This document shows positions 12,701 through 26,119 of a stretch of 64,000 bases of DNA, one piece after another. The position numbers and the translations under genes were made by a program. Source of the stretch: Eledone cirrhosa (taxonomy: Eukaryota); the NCBI GenBank assembly GCA_964016885.1, contig OZ024751.1, forward strand, positions 45,198,001 through 45,262,000, read 5' to 3'. Within the stretch, counting starts at the first letter, position 1. Each line of letters opens with the position of its first letter. Under the pieces are notes generated by a model. It was given only the letters and a program-made list of their open reading frames with translations, made no database searches and was not told where the DNA came from.

Positions 12701-14787
12701 ATCATCATCATCATCATCATCATCGTTTAACGTCCATATTCCACACTTGCATGGGTTTGGACGGGAGTTTTCCCACTTGCGGCAAGAGTGGTTGCCTTGC
12801 TTGCATAGGACTGTCTGGCGGGTTGTCTATGGCTGGATGCCCTTCCTAACACCAACCACATTTAAAGTGTGGAACTGGGAGGTTTTTACCATGTTACCTA
12901 CACGGCCACATTACAGCGTGGACTGTGTGTTTTTTTTGTCGTGACACCTACACGACCTCATTTGTTTCGGCCTGGATGTTGTGGTACCAACATAACTTTA
13001 CATTGAAAGGGGCGGTGTGGATGGGGTGAGGGTAGTGGGACGGGGGTGTATTTTGTTAGAGGTGCCTACTGACTGTAGTAGGTTTTACTTTGTATTTAGG
13101 TAAGGCGGGTCTTCTCTATTACTGTGTACCGCCAAAGATCTCGGTCCAGTGACATTGTCTTGGAGAGGTGTAAGTGTGTGAGGTCGGGATTTATCAAGCC
13201 GTCCCAGGTTTTTCTGGGTCTGCCTACTCCGTGGCTACCGTCTATTTTTATTGCCCTGCACTTTTTTATACAGCTGTCGTCTTTCATGCGCATCACGTGA
13301 CCATACCAACGTAGCCTTCTCTTGAGTAAACAACATCTGATCCCTCTTATTTCTAATTTTTTCCTTAGTTCGTTAATGCTTTGCCGTTCACGTATATTAC
13401 TATTATACATCCAGCGGAGCATGCAAGCTTCGTTCCTCTCTAGTCTGCGTATATCCTTTGCACACAATGCCCAAGTCATCATACAGCCTGCCTTTCATTT
13501 TTAGGGAGAACCCTTTAGCGGCTAATAGTGGTATAAGCTCTCTGAACTTTTTCCATCCTGTTCTGACTCTAACTACTGTACTTTCAGAGCACCCTCCCCC
13601 ACTGCTGATTTTGTCACCCAGGTAACGGAAGCTGTCCACTATTTCTATAGAACCCTCTGTGCAATTGAAAGAGCTAGTATTCTGTGGGCACTTGCTGCTA
13701 CTTATTGCACCAGAGCACCGGCCACATGTAAAATCTATGTTCTTAGTTAGCTTACCTGTGATCCCACTACATCTTTTATGTACCCATACTTTGCATTTGG
13801 GACATAAAATGGAGTTTCTACCTACTCCTTTCCTACACACTGAGCATGGCCATTTCCCGGATGGGACCGGCACCCTATTTTCCTTCATACAGACTAGAAC
13901 TTTAGTCTTAGACAGATTAATTTTAAGGCCTTTTGATTCTAGGCCGTGCTTCCATGTTTGGAATTTCTTCTCTAGTTCGGCCATTGATTCAGCTATGAGC
14001 GTTAGATCATCTGCGTATAGGAGTTCCCATGGGCAGCCAGTCTTGAACTCCACTGTTATAGCCTGAAGGGCAATAATAAATAGTAGGGGGCTAAGAACAG
14101 AGCCCTGATGAACACCAACTTTTACGCTAAACTCTTCACTATATTCGTTGTTAATTCTAACCTTGCTGACTGTTTCTTTATACATGGCTTGTATAGCTCT
14201 CACAAGCCATTCATCAACACTTAGTTTTCTAAGAGCCCACCAGATAATGGAACGGGGGACTGTGTCGAAGGCTTTCTCCAAGTCGACAAAAGCTAAGTAT
14301 AGGGGTTTACTTTTAACTAGGTACTTCTCCTGTAGTTGTCGTACAATGAAAAGAGCGTCTGTGGTACTTTTGCCTGACACAAACCCGAACTGCATTTCAT
14401 CTAGATCAATTCTCTCTCTGATTAGTTGCGCTATTACTTTTTCCGTGACCTTCATCACTCACCTGGTCGATTAATTTAATGCCTCTATAGTTACTCCTAT
14501 CTAGGGCATCTCCTTTACCCTTGTAGCAGTTAATGATGATGCTGCTACGCCAGTCCTTCGGAACAACCCTATTCTGTATGACTTGGTTTACTATCCGGGT
14601 GACCATGGTGTGTCCCACCGTTCCAGAGGCTTTCAGCATTTCAGCAACTATTTCCGAAGGCCCAGCCGCCTTACCCGTCTTCATATCTTTGATTGCCTTA
14701 CTTATTATACTACCTTCGACTAACACTGCTGGTCCCTCTATTGGGTCGATGTGGGGGAGACTGTCTTTCTCCCATTTATTCTCCTCA
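12701..14787 (-). mobile_element. 5'-truncated, frameshifted RTE-clade LINE (RT domain, Cys/His finger, 3' UTR, (GAT)n tail)
   Basis: Three overlapping ORFs (14406-14855, 13403-14458, 13096-13482) carry NYRGIKL, QFGF, FVDLEKAFD, GVHQGSVLSPLLF, LYADD and the RTE C-terminal RLRWYGHVMR...GRPRKTW. Confidence 0.95.
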
Positions 14788-14965
14788 AAATATATATATA
14801 TATACATAGTGTTAAAACAATCAAATTTTAGTTTAGAACATTTATTTGCATACAATTGTTTCTTCCAGAGGGAAATCTGGAATCATCAGTCATACTGGTA
14901 ACCGGCTAGTACTTAGTACTACCCTCCATATTTATAATTGTATTAAACATATATAATTTTCTTAT

Positions 14966-15010
<45 letters not shown>

Positions 15011-15091
15011 AAAGGTAAACAGAAATAACAACACAATCGGTACAGTATATGGAAGGGATATATTAGGTTAAAGTTTGATTTGCCAGGAAGA

Positions 15092-15134
15092 GGGTTTTAA
15101 CGTTTCAGACGCTAGTCCTTCGTCAGAACAAAGA
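15092..15134 (-). ncRNA. Hammerhead-like motif, degenerate, resembling Penelope terminal-repeat ribozymes
   Basis: Reverse complement ...tgttCTGACGAa-ggac-tagc-gtct-GAAACGTTaaaacc; core and stem II present, stem I poor. Confidence 0.45.
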
Positions 15135-15344
15135 ATGAGAAATAAGATAGATTGAGGGGACGGGTGGGATGAAATTGGAAAAAATGTCTTTAGATAAAAA
15201 TAACAGGTCCATTCATATTGACTGTTGCTGGCGTTTTGTGTATCATTTATTTTTTTAGAAAAGTGGATGACGGAGCGCATCTACCTGAAATGGAAAAAAA
15301 AAAAGTTTTGTAAAAGGAGCTATACTTGTTATATATATATATTA

Positions 15345-15442
15345 CAGTGGTAGAATGCTCGCCTGCCATGCGGGCGGCTCAGGTTCGATTCCCGTCTAAC
15401 CCATGCTAGCGTGGAAGATGGACGTTAAACGAAGATGATGAT
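15345..15442 (+). pseudogene. tRNA-Gly(GCC) fragment fused to an RTE/SINE 3' tail
   Basis: cagtggtagaatgctcgcctgccatgcgggcggctcaggttcgattcccg matches the D-loop to T-arm of tRNA-Gly-GCC and runs directly into tctaacccatgctagcgtggaagatggacgttaaacgaagatgatgat. Confidence 0.85.
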
Positions 15443-15694
15443 ATAAAACAAATTAGGATGATAGAAATAAGTTTTTACATGGTTTAATTCTTACTATTGT
15501 TTCTTATCTATTATTTTTTTAAATATATATATATTGGAGAATGTACATACATGCGTGTATATAAATGTGTGTTATTGTATGTCTGTATCAATCTACAGAT
15601 ACTTGTTTACATATTTGATACAACTTTATAGGTACTTCTTACTCATGTTATATATATATGAATATATATTTTTTTCTTCTTCTTCTTCTTTCAG

Positions 15695-15917
15695 CATCGA
15701 CAAAGTTCCTAAGATCTCGTCTCCAGTTTTAGTGATCCATGGCACCGATGATGAGGTGATTGATTTCTCGCACGGCCTTGCTATATATGAACGGTGTCCT
15801 AGAGCAGTGGAACCATTGTGGGTAGAAGGTGCAGGCCATAACGATGTCGAACTCTATGGACAATATCTTGAGAGACTCAAACAGTTCATCCACACAGAAC
15901 TAGATTATCTATATTAG
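15695..15917 (+). CDS. ABHD17: Alpha/beta hydrolase domain-containing protein 17 (depalmitoylase), last coding exon
   Basis: Polypyrimidine tract and tttcAG acceptor at 15693-15694, phase 2; [65 protein letters not shown] matches the ABHD17 C-terminus with catalytic Asp and His. No upstream exons found in the window. Confidence 0.95.
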
Positions 15918-16189
15918 TACTGTCTAATTAAAAAAAAAAAAATCAAACAAAAAAACAAAATCAATGCTAATCTAAATTTTCTTTTTCTTTTTTTTTTTTT
16001 TGTTTTTGTTTTGTTATCAATCAGTTGGTCGCCTGAGGAGCATGGCTGATTCCTAACTATCACTAAATGCAGAATGACTAAGAGAAAAACTAAAAAGATG
16101 ACAAAAAATTACCTACTACTACTATACTACTACTGTTCACCTAAATATTACAACTTGAGTTGTGAAACTTTTCTAGACACTGAGAATAT

Positions 16190-16191
16190 GT

Positions 16192-16239
<48 letters not shown>

Positions 16240-16367
16240 TATATACACATATATATATAACATATATATAAATATATATACACACACATATATATATATA
16301 TAAATATATACATATATATACATAAATATACACATATATATATAAATATATACATATATATATATAC

Positions 16368-16432
<65 letters not shown>

Positions 16433-16452
16433 AATGTATGTATGTATGTATG

Positions 16453-16494
<42 letters not shown>

Positions 16495-16764
16495 TATATA
16501 TCCACACACACACACGTGTATGCAAGTGAGTACTGTATACTTTATACACACTGAGAATGAAATACATACATACATACATACATACATACGTGTGTGTGTG
16601 TATATGTGAGTTTGTGTGTGCAAGCGAGTGCTGTACACTTTATACACACTGAGAATAAATGTGTGTGCGTGCTATATACATTCTTCTTTCAGTACACTAA
16701 ATAATTGTTATATGGAAAAGAAAAGAATGAAGGATCTTTGTTTTTTATTATACACATACACATT

Positions 16765-16799
<35 letters not shown>

Positions 16800-16857
16800 G
16801 TGTGTACATGTAAATATTTATACATATATATGTGTGTGTGTATATATATATATATAT

Positions 16858-16894
<37 letters not shown>

Positions 16895-16900
16895 TTTCTT
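16190..16900. repeat. Compound (TA)n/(CA)n/(TATG)n microsatellite field
   Basis: Directly visible; source of several spurious YI-rich ORFs. Confidence 0.9.
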
Positions 16901-17074
16901 TGAGATTTAAGTTCTTCTTCGCAGACTTCAATCCTGTCACTCACCAAATTAACAGGGCTCCTTTATTTAAGCTAAGACAATTCCAGGGATTTGTGAATAT
17001 TTGAGTTAATGTGCGGCTGTTGTGTGTGTATCGATGTACTTTCACTCATGTAATGGATGTACGTCTCTCTAGTA

Positions 17075-17105
<31 letters not shown>

Positions 17106-19764
17106 CATATGTACACACGTGATTGTTTGTGTGTGGTTATTCCAGCAAACTCAGATGGAGAATGTTTTATAAATATTGACTGTACCACTAGTCAATTGAA
17201 TTTGGAGGATGTGAGTCAGTTTGCTTTGTTCTTTCTTAGGAAACTCCCAGCATTTCCAGGCTTTTATGCAAATCTATTGTTAAATAGTCCATATGTACCT
17301 ATGATAATAGGTACAAATGAAAATCTATTGCCTGGATACAACAGTTGTTTGTATGTTTCACATTAGTTCACTCAACATAGATTTTTTTTTTCTCATTTTG
17401 TTCACCCTACATTCACATCTGCTGGGCAGCTGACCTTTACAAGAAGTCATGACATGTGTTCCCTGACCCTCATTTAACACAGACCCCTGTCAGTGTTGCT
17501 GTCGATGGAGAAGTTACCAGTGGTGATTAGTATCTTTATGTCCAAGTTGCCGATCTCTTAAAGTTTCCTGCCTAGTATCCAAAATATTGATACTGGCACT
17601 GACAGACACTAATAAAGCATTAGAGGATATATGGTCTTAATGAATGCAGACAGCTCTAAGTTGTGCATCTTCCAAAGTCTGCTGAAAGTAGTATTCTCAT
17701 CAATTGGATTTGGAGGATGTGTGGCAGTTTGCTTTGTTATTTCTTTCTCCTCAATTTTGCCATATTCTAACGTGTTATCAGTGGAGACACATCATTAATA
17801 TTCATCTCCCTTGTCTGTTTCACAAGTTCCTTGATAGATTACTATATAAAAAAAAACTCTTCTTCTTGTGACCAATCTCCCATTCCTATATCCTGTGAGA
17901 ATGTTAGAGATATTACCTGAATATAGCATGGTGGTGTATATATACATACATATGTATTTTGTTTGTATATATGTGGGTATAAATGTGTACAAATGTCTGT
18001 GTATGTGTGTGTGTGTATATATATATATATATAAAATGTATGTATATGTGTGTATACATATATGCATGGGTGTATAGGTATGTATGCATATATGTGTGTG
18101 TATTTGTGTATATGTATGCTTGTAAGTATGTGTGTATGTACATATACGTGTATGTATATTTAGTATTCATTATGATAAACAAAATGTTTTGTTTTTCAAT
18201 TTCTTTTCTTCCATTTTCAATTATAACATTTCTTTTTCTACACCTAACTGATCAACCTCTTCTAATTATCATTAATTAATTAATTCTTCTCTTCCCCTTC
18301 ATTTCATTTCATTTCATTGATTAAATAAATAAGATAAATATACTATAAAATGCCGATTTAGTAGGGCTGAAAAAAGACACGAAGTTTACATGCGTGTGTG
18401 TGTGTGTGTGTACACAAACACTCGCGCCTGATCTATACATATGCCTATGCATTACATAAAGTATGTATATATACATTACGTATGTGTATATATATATACA
18501 CATACACATATATATATATGAGGGATAGCTAACACATGGAGAAAAGAGAACTCAATATATATGTGAAGAGACGACTGAAGAATTGTACCTTCAATTCCTT
18601 TAATGTGTGTATGTTTACTATATATATATATATATATATATATAGTACATACATATATATATATATATATATACATATACATATGTACCAATACACACAC
18701 ATATATACATGAATTTAGTATATGTGTGTGTATGGCTATTTATGTGCATATATGTATGTATGTATATATACACATACATATATGTACAAACACATGTACA
18801 TGTGTATGACTATTTATGTGTACATATGTGAATATATGTATGTATATCTACACATACATATATGTACAAACACATATATACACCTACATAGATATACGCA
18901 TATATATACACTCACACATGCATTTAGTGTGTGTGGCTATTTATAATATATGTATATCTATAAGCTCTTTGGTATTTTTACTAAAAATTGATAAAAACAA
19001 AAATCTTTGCCTCTAAAAGAAAAAAAAAACAATCTTCATGGTCACAATTTCACACTTTAGTTGGTTTACCTTCAAAATAATAATATTTTTAGTTAACTTT
19101 CAAAGCTTTATTTATTCAGAGTTGTTATTATCCTTACGGTGGTCGATAAAATAAAGTACCAGTAATGCACTGGGGTCGATTTAATTGACTTTCCCCTTCC
19201 TTTCAAATTGCTGGCCTTGTGCCTAAATCAGAAACCATTATTATTATTAATACCCTTACGAGGTCGATAAAATAAAGTACCAGTAACACACTGGACTTTA
19301 TTTAATCGACTTTCCTCTCCCCCCAAAAAATTGTTGGCCTTGTGCCTATATAAGAAACCATTAATATTATTATATTTTTAAAATCCACCTCCATAGATTC
19401 TTCTGTTTAAATCTAAATTTTCAATCCTTAATTTCCATTTTTGTTTGAAACGTTTATCATCATCTTCATTATTACACTATAAATCAATTCATCAATACTT
19501 ATGAACCTCTTTAAAGTAATCAATTAATTATTGAACATTTTTTTAATGTGAAGTTGCATGCGCTACTGGTTAGGGTGTTGGATGCATGATCATTAATTCA
19601 TGGGTTCGATTCCTTGACTAGGCAGTAAATTGTTTTTGAGAGCACAATGCTTCGTTTCATGATAGGACTGGAGCCCCTCTATCATTAAAACAGCCAAAAA
19701 ACATGTGAGTTAGATGCAATCTGATAGGAAGCCAACTAAATCTTCATAGATACAAGCTGCAAAT

Positions 19765-20153
19765 CTTTTTTTTTTTTTTTATGAACTTCCTTTAATTGGT
19801 TGAAAGTGTTACTTATAACGCACTACAAAACCAAAATATATTCACATTTCAAAGCTTTTTTCTCTTTGTTTAGGATTTCATGACATTTTTTTTGTTATCT
19901 TCATAATTTCTGATGTATAAATTAGTGATATTAACACATGCAATCAGAATATACTGTATTCCTTTTTTTTTTTTTATGAACTTCCTTTAATTAGTTGAAA
20001 GTGTTACTTATAACGCACTACAAAACCAAAATATATTCACATTTCAAAGCTTTTTTCTCTTTGTTTAGGATTTCATGACATTTTTTTTGTTATTTTCATA
20101 ATTTCTGATGTATAAATTAGTGACTTAACACATGCAATCAGAATATACCGTAT
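19765..20153. repeat. Tandem duplication, 195-bp period, 2 copies
   Basis: atgaacttcctttaatt...catgcaatcagaatatac begins at 19781 and again at 19976. Confidence 0.92.
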
Positions 20154-21120
20154 TTCCTTGTATCAAAGACACTGTTTTGCCCCACTCCCCCCAAGTCTTG
20201 GCGGTTATGTTAGTCAGAGGCCTTTTTTTTTTCTCCACCTTAAATTTACCATCTCCAAATGAAGATTCATCCACGATATTTGAGTGACTTTGATGCTGGG
20301 AAATACAGTATGTAATTTTGTTCAATAAAAAAAAAAACTAGGTGAGATTTATTATATTTATTTTTTTTTATTAACTTTATTTTAAGTAATAAAATGCCTT
20401 TATTATAATTTTTTTTTTTTTAAATGAAGGTTTTATTTGATTTTCTGTTTAACTGGGTTGGAAAGAGTGCTGTAAACTGGGAGAAAGAGAGACAGAGTTT
20501 GGACAAATGATCTTGACAGTAATTCTTTGTGGCATTTGCATTTTTCAAAATATAATCTTCCAAAATAGAGTGCTGTTTAAATTTACTCTATCAAGGATAA
20601 TATTTGTTTGGGGAAGGGAATATATTCAATGCTATATGTTTCTTAAAGAGGCAGAATATTTACTTGTTCCGCCTGGTTAGGGGACAAGAAATAATGATAA
20701 GCTAAAACAAATGTTTATTACATATAACATACCATTACAAGCACAAACCAGTTCAGAAATGTTCTGATGACCCTGGTTTTGAAAAGGTATCTTCACATTA
20801 TGCATATATATATACACACACAGATTATATATAGATAGCTAAAATCCTGACCGTGCCTCTAAGCTGTTTCAGCTTGGCACTGAGGTCAAATTCTGCCTAT
20901 CTCTATCTTATATATATATATATATATATGCCAGCGTGGAGAAATGAACGTTAAACGATGATGATAATGATATTTGCACATACATTATATATTTATCTGC
21001 CATGGATACTTTAAATAATATTTCAAATTAATATGTTATTTAAATGATAAAATGTATAATATATATAATATATAGGATATATTTCTATATCTTCATATAA
21101 TATATTCTATATATATATAA

Positions 21121-21303
21121 GCTATAGCTTATTTAAAGTGAATTTCTCCTTCCCAATTCACATTTCCTACTACAGGACTCATCAGGAGAGAATGTATGTT
21201 GTATCCCTCCTGGGGATTACTGTTGTATGAAACCCGAAGCATACAAATGAAATTCACATTAAATAAACTATGTATAACGCTGTATTGAGTACTTTCTCCC
21301 TTC
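21121..21303. repeat. Degenerate fold-back element with hammerhead-like remnants
   Basis: Arms tagcttatttaaagtgaatttc / gaaattcacattaaataaacta; minus strand CTGATGAgtcctgtagtagGAAA, plus strand CTGGGGAttactgttgtatGAAA. Confidence 0.5.
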
Positions 21304-22740
21304 TATATCAATAAAAAAAAGCTTATATACACATACATGTATGTGTGTGTGTATATATATATATATATGCACATTATATATACATAAGTATATGTATATG
21401 TGTATATATTTTACTGAAAGGGGAAATAAAATGAACCCTTCCTATTCTTTAAATTATAGTTTGAAGAATGCTTTATAAGCTGTCCACTTTATAAAACATG
21501 ACATTCATTAAACACATAACTATAAACAGTAAATACCGGCCAATGTGTTTCTTGGTTATTGCTCTGTCAATACTTTCTTCTCTCCATATTAGCATTGCAT
21601 ATTCCTTTTCATTACTACTATCATATTAAAATATTATGTTCTATTAAGATATCTCCTTTAACCCTTTTGATGCCAACCTGGTCATCCATTTGAGGTCGAT
21701 AAAAATGTACCAGTCTCATACTGGTGTCGATTCTTCCTCTATATCGCTTTCTTCCATTCTCTCACTCTTTATCCTTCTCTGGAAGAAATCTGCTGTATTC
21801 AGACCTGGAGAGAGATGGGCTCAGCCAGGTTTTAAAATGCCCTAGAAATGCCAATAAGGTAACTGTCTAGAATTTTCAAACCATTTGGAAAATAAAAGGT
21901 TTAGAAGAATTTAATAATATAACTTTCTCATTATTAAGCTGGTGTTTGGAATAAAATTATGATGAAATGTTTTTAGTTAACTATAAACACTTCAAACTAA
22001 GCTGCTTAGTATCAAGGAACCGAGAGTGGTCTGGTATCAAAAGGTTTTTTTTTTTTGTCTGCCCCCCCTCTTAGTCATAATCTTCAGTTCTATAAACTGT
22101 ATATTATTTACATTTTGTAATATTGCATATACACAAAAATACATACATAAATATATAGGTATGGCTGTGTGGTTTAGAAAGTTCACTTTGCAATCATGTG
22201 GTTTCAGGTTCAATGTCATTGCATGGCAGTTTGGGCAAGTGTCTTCTATCCTGTCAGTGAAATTTAGTAGACAGAAAGTATGTGGAAGCCTGTCATATAT
22301 AGTTGTATTTTTGTTTCCACATGTTTTCACAATGACACCAATTAAGCTAGACATGAGGCTGGGATAGATGTCTCTTGTTCAACCAAAAATAAGTTCCTAC
22401 TCGAGAAACTAGTAGAATTTTGTTGACATTCTCATAGTTTTAGTGGGATGAAGAAGAGAGAAATGGTCCTCCTGCGGTCATTTAGCATAAAGGTTTGGGG
22501 TCTAGAGATTTTTACCCAGTTTTACTACTAAATTCTTTCTTAATCCTCACAATTATCAAATAATGTTTGTATAATGTATTGAAATTATGGAGTTGAACTG
22601 ATGAACCTCGTCACTTGTGTCATTATTTCATTGATTCCAGCTCAACCTAAATCTAATCCATTATTGAATGTTGCTTAAGTCTCTTATAACTGCAACACTC
22701 TCATTAAAAACATCTGTTTTCATTCAGGTTTCAAATATAA

Positions 22741-22772
<32 letters not shown>

Positions 22773-23995
22773 GCCGTCGAAACGGCTTGAGCTCAGCCAT
22801 CGGGGTCTTACTTATTCCTATTACCCACTCTACTACCCTAAGTATTGAGTACTTTGGTGCGTTATGGTCCACCTGGTTCCTTACCACATTTCTTTCGTTA
22901 TATATATATATATAGTCAATGATGATATTGGTGTCACAAGAAAAAGCACTTGGTAGTGTATAAGTTGTAGGCCAGAAGCAAGTTTCTCTCTCATTAAAAA
23001 CATGTCTTCATTTGGTTTTCAAATATATAATTATATATAATATTAGTGTTGCAATAAAATGCACCTGGCAGTGTGTGGGATCATATATGTGTATAAGTTG
23101 CTGAAACATATGTAAGCTTAATGCAGGTTCCCAGTCCATCCTTGGCAACAGTACCTCAGCTTCAGTATCCAGCTGCTTAACATTTTTCTGACCATATATC
23201 TAATGAAATACAGTACCTATATGTTTCAATTAATTTACACATCTAATGAAATACAGTGCTGATGTGTTTCAATTAATTTTGAAACTATTAAGATTTTGGA
23301 AAGAATTAATATAATATAATAACCAATTCTTATGTTATTAAACTGATATTTAGAACAGCAAAAACATCTAATTTTGATGGGAAGTTTTTAATTTAAATAT
23401 AAACACTGAATTAAATGGCTTTGTACCATAAAACAAGGGGCAGTCTCAGTTGTGTTGGTATGAAAACGGTTAAATTGCAGGAGATAGTCAGATATAACTT
23501 CCTGGTTTTACCAGCTTGATTTTTTTTTTTTTATTATTGTTATTGTTGTTGTTGTTATGAGTAACTAGCCCCTTTGTTTTATGGAGTAAGTTATGTTAAT
23601 ACAACAGTGTTTTAATAAATATTCCCTTTACAGGTATACATTTTTTAGGGACATGCTGTATAAAGAGTGGTGTGCTCAAGCAAGGAAATGCTATAAAATA
23701 GCTTATAAATCAGGGTAAAGAACCCCAAAGATGGGAAAAGAAGCCTCCCTGTTTTATATACTATTCTTTATATTAACTTTATCCTCTTAGCACTTTGTAA
23801 AAGTCTCAGAGATCAGCTATGTTTACGAGTTGTTTGATGGATAAGTCATATTTAGCTTCATCACCAAATTATAATAATGCAATGTTTGTTGTTTATGTGA
23901 GTGTGTGACATACAGAAAATGATCCAACTGATGTACCAGTAATGAAAAAATACTGCATATATAATATATGTATCTGTATAAATATATATATGCAC

Positions 23996-24034
<39 letters not shown>

Positions 24035-24749
24035 TCTGACAAGCAGATTGATACTGGAGTTAGGTCCATAACTTCCATGGATGACCTTGAGCAAATACTC
24101 GATAAAATGTATGTAACATTTTTCTTAGTGTGTGTGTATATATATATATGGAGAGAGAGAGAGAGAATGCATCAATGAAAACATCTTAGAAAGAATTAGT
24201 CACATCATCAACAATTATGTGACAGGTGGGCAGCTGTGATTTCCATTATATTATAAGACTTTGCTTCTGTCTCATTTTATTTCTATTTTCTATTTTGTTT
24301 CAATTGTTTCTTCTCTGCTGTTCTCTTTTTAATTACGTTCAAGAATCAAAACTGAAATTTGCTTTATGTAAATTTCTGTCTTACCTATCTTATTTTTGTT
24401 AGCTTTGCCTCTCATCATTACGGAGTCGATGAAATAAAGTACCAGTAATGCATTGAGATCAATTTAAGTAATTTTCCCTTCCCACCAAAATTGTTGGCCT
24501 TGTGCCTAAATCAGAAACCATATTTTTGTCTCTTGTTTAGAAAATTTAATTTGGTCACAACATATACCTCCTCTCTTTTTATCTGATTTCTGAACTGAAA
24601 ATATTTGGTTCTGCTGGAGCTATAAAAAATATCTGAACTTAGCAATGACAGTGGAACAAATACCTTATTGCTATTTGTATGGAAATTTTAGTTTCGTCAT
24701 AGCTGCAAATATTTTCTTCTCATAAACTTACTGTAATTTCAACATAGAT

Positions 24750-24960
24750 ACAAGGATGGGCTAAAAAGTTCAAAGGCTGACTTTGAAGGAGTGATGCTGT
24801 AGCTGTGAAATCTTGCATGCATTAATTTCAACTCCTCTTATGAATAACTCCATTGTTTTTTTGTTTTTTTTCCAGGGGCTAATGTTGAAAAATAAACCTC
24901 ATTTGGTCATTCCATAAGAGTATCTTGGTCAGCCTATGAACTTTTCAGCCAACTATCATA
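24750..24960. mobile_element. Mariner-like MITE
   Basis: Imperfect TIRs acaaggatgggctaaaaagttcaaaggctgac ... gtcagcctatgaacttttcagccaactatcata. Confidence 0.7.
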
Positions 24961-26119
24961 TACCATTTCTTGAATTTTTACAATTCTTCCTTCATCTTGC
25001 ATTTCTCTCAATTTTTAATTTTTTTTAAAATCATATTAATCTTGGAATATTTTATAGATAATTCCACTTTGGGGATCTTTGAGAAAAATGAATGGTAATT
25101 TTTCTGCTGCTTGTTTTAACTCTTTTAGCTCTTCTCAAATTCTCCCTTTTATTTTCTCAAAAGAGAAAAAAACTGAATGAGTTTCATTTGTTTTTGTCTA
25201 TTATGTCTATTTGGTTTTCCCTATACAATTTATCTCTCAACATCCTGTTTCACATGAAACCACATTAGCAAGGCATTTCTTGAAAAGTACAAAACAGCAC
25301 TATCACTACATTACATTAAAAATTGAAGTATTTATTCCAATACTGCAAATTTTCACATTGACCTCTCCATAATTTAAGATACGATTAACATTGTTTAAAT
25401 CAACAAACCTTTTTTTTAGATATTTTCTGCAAAATCGAGACAACTTTGCATATGCAACATTATCTTTAGAAAAAAATAACTGCATCACATTAAAAATCAG
25501 TCTTTATTTTAATACTGCAAATTTTCACAAAGATCTCTCGTGCAGTAAATAAAGACACTATAAACATTTGAATTAACAAACCTTTTAGATGTTCTCTGCT
25601 AAATTATTACAGGATGTTAAGAGTTAATGGATTGAATATAATCTATTAAAACTAATATGAATACATATGTGGCCTATTGACTGTAGAGAAAAACTGAACT
25701 TTTCAATAATTATCTACTAATATGGAATTAAAACCTTCAACATTCTCTTAGATCAAAGCCATACTGTTATGGCCAGTAATAGACAAACTTAACCGCTCTT
25801 TAAAATGATGTTTTTCATATATCATGTTCATGGCAAAGTTGGAGAAACATTTGGTGGTATCAGTAAAGCAGCTGACAAAATGTTTTGTGACTTTTAGTCA
25901 TGGCTCTTTGATGTTCTGAGTTCTACTCCTGACTAGGTCAACTTTGTCTTTCATCCTTCTGGGGTTGATAAAATAAAGTACCAGTCAAGTACTGGAGTCA
26001 ATGTAATTGACTTATCCATCCCCCAGATTTCTGGCATTGTGCCTAAATTAGAAAGAATTATAAACAAAATGGTTGACTTAAGAAACATTGGCGAAATGTG
26101 TGTGTGTGTGTCCCATTGC

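Noticed and set aside
15534-15694. N-terminal part of ORF 15534-15917
   Set aside because: Intronic read-through; ABHD17 similarity starts at the acceptor at 15695.
16141-19016. Many YI/CV/HT-rich ORFs
   Set aside because: Translations of (TA)n, (TG)n and (CA)n microsatellites.
20764-20795. CTGATGAccctggttttGAAA as a hammerhead
   Set aside because: Stem II does not close and stems I and III are absent.
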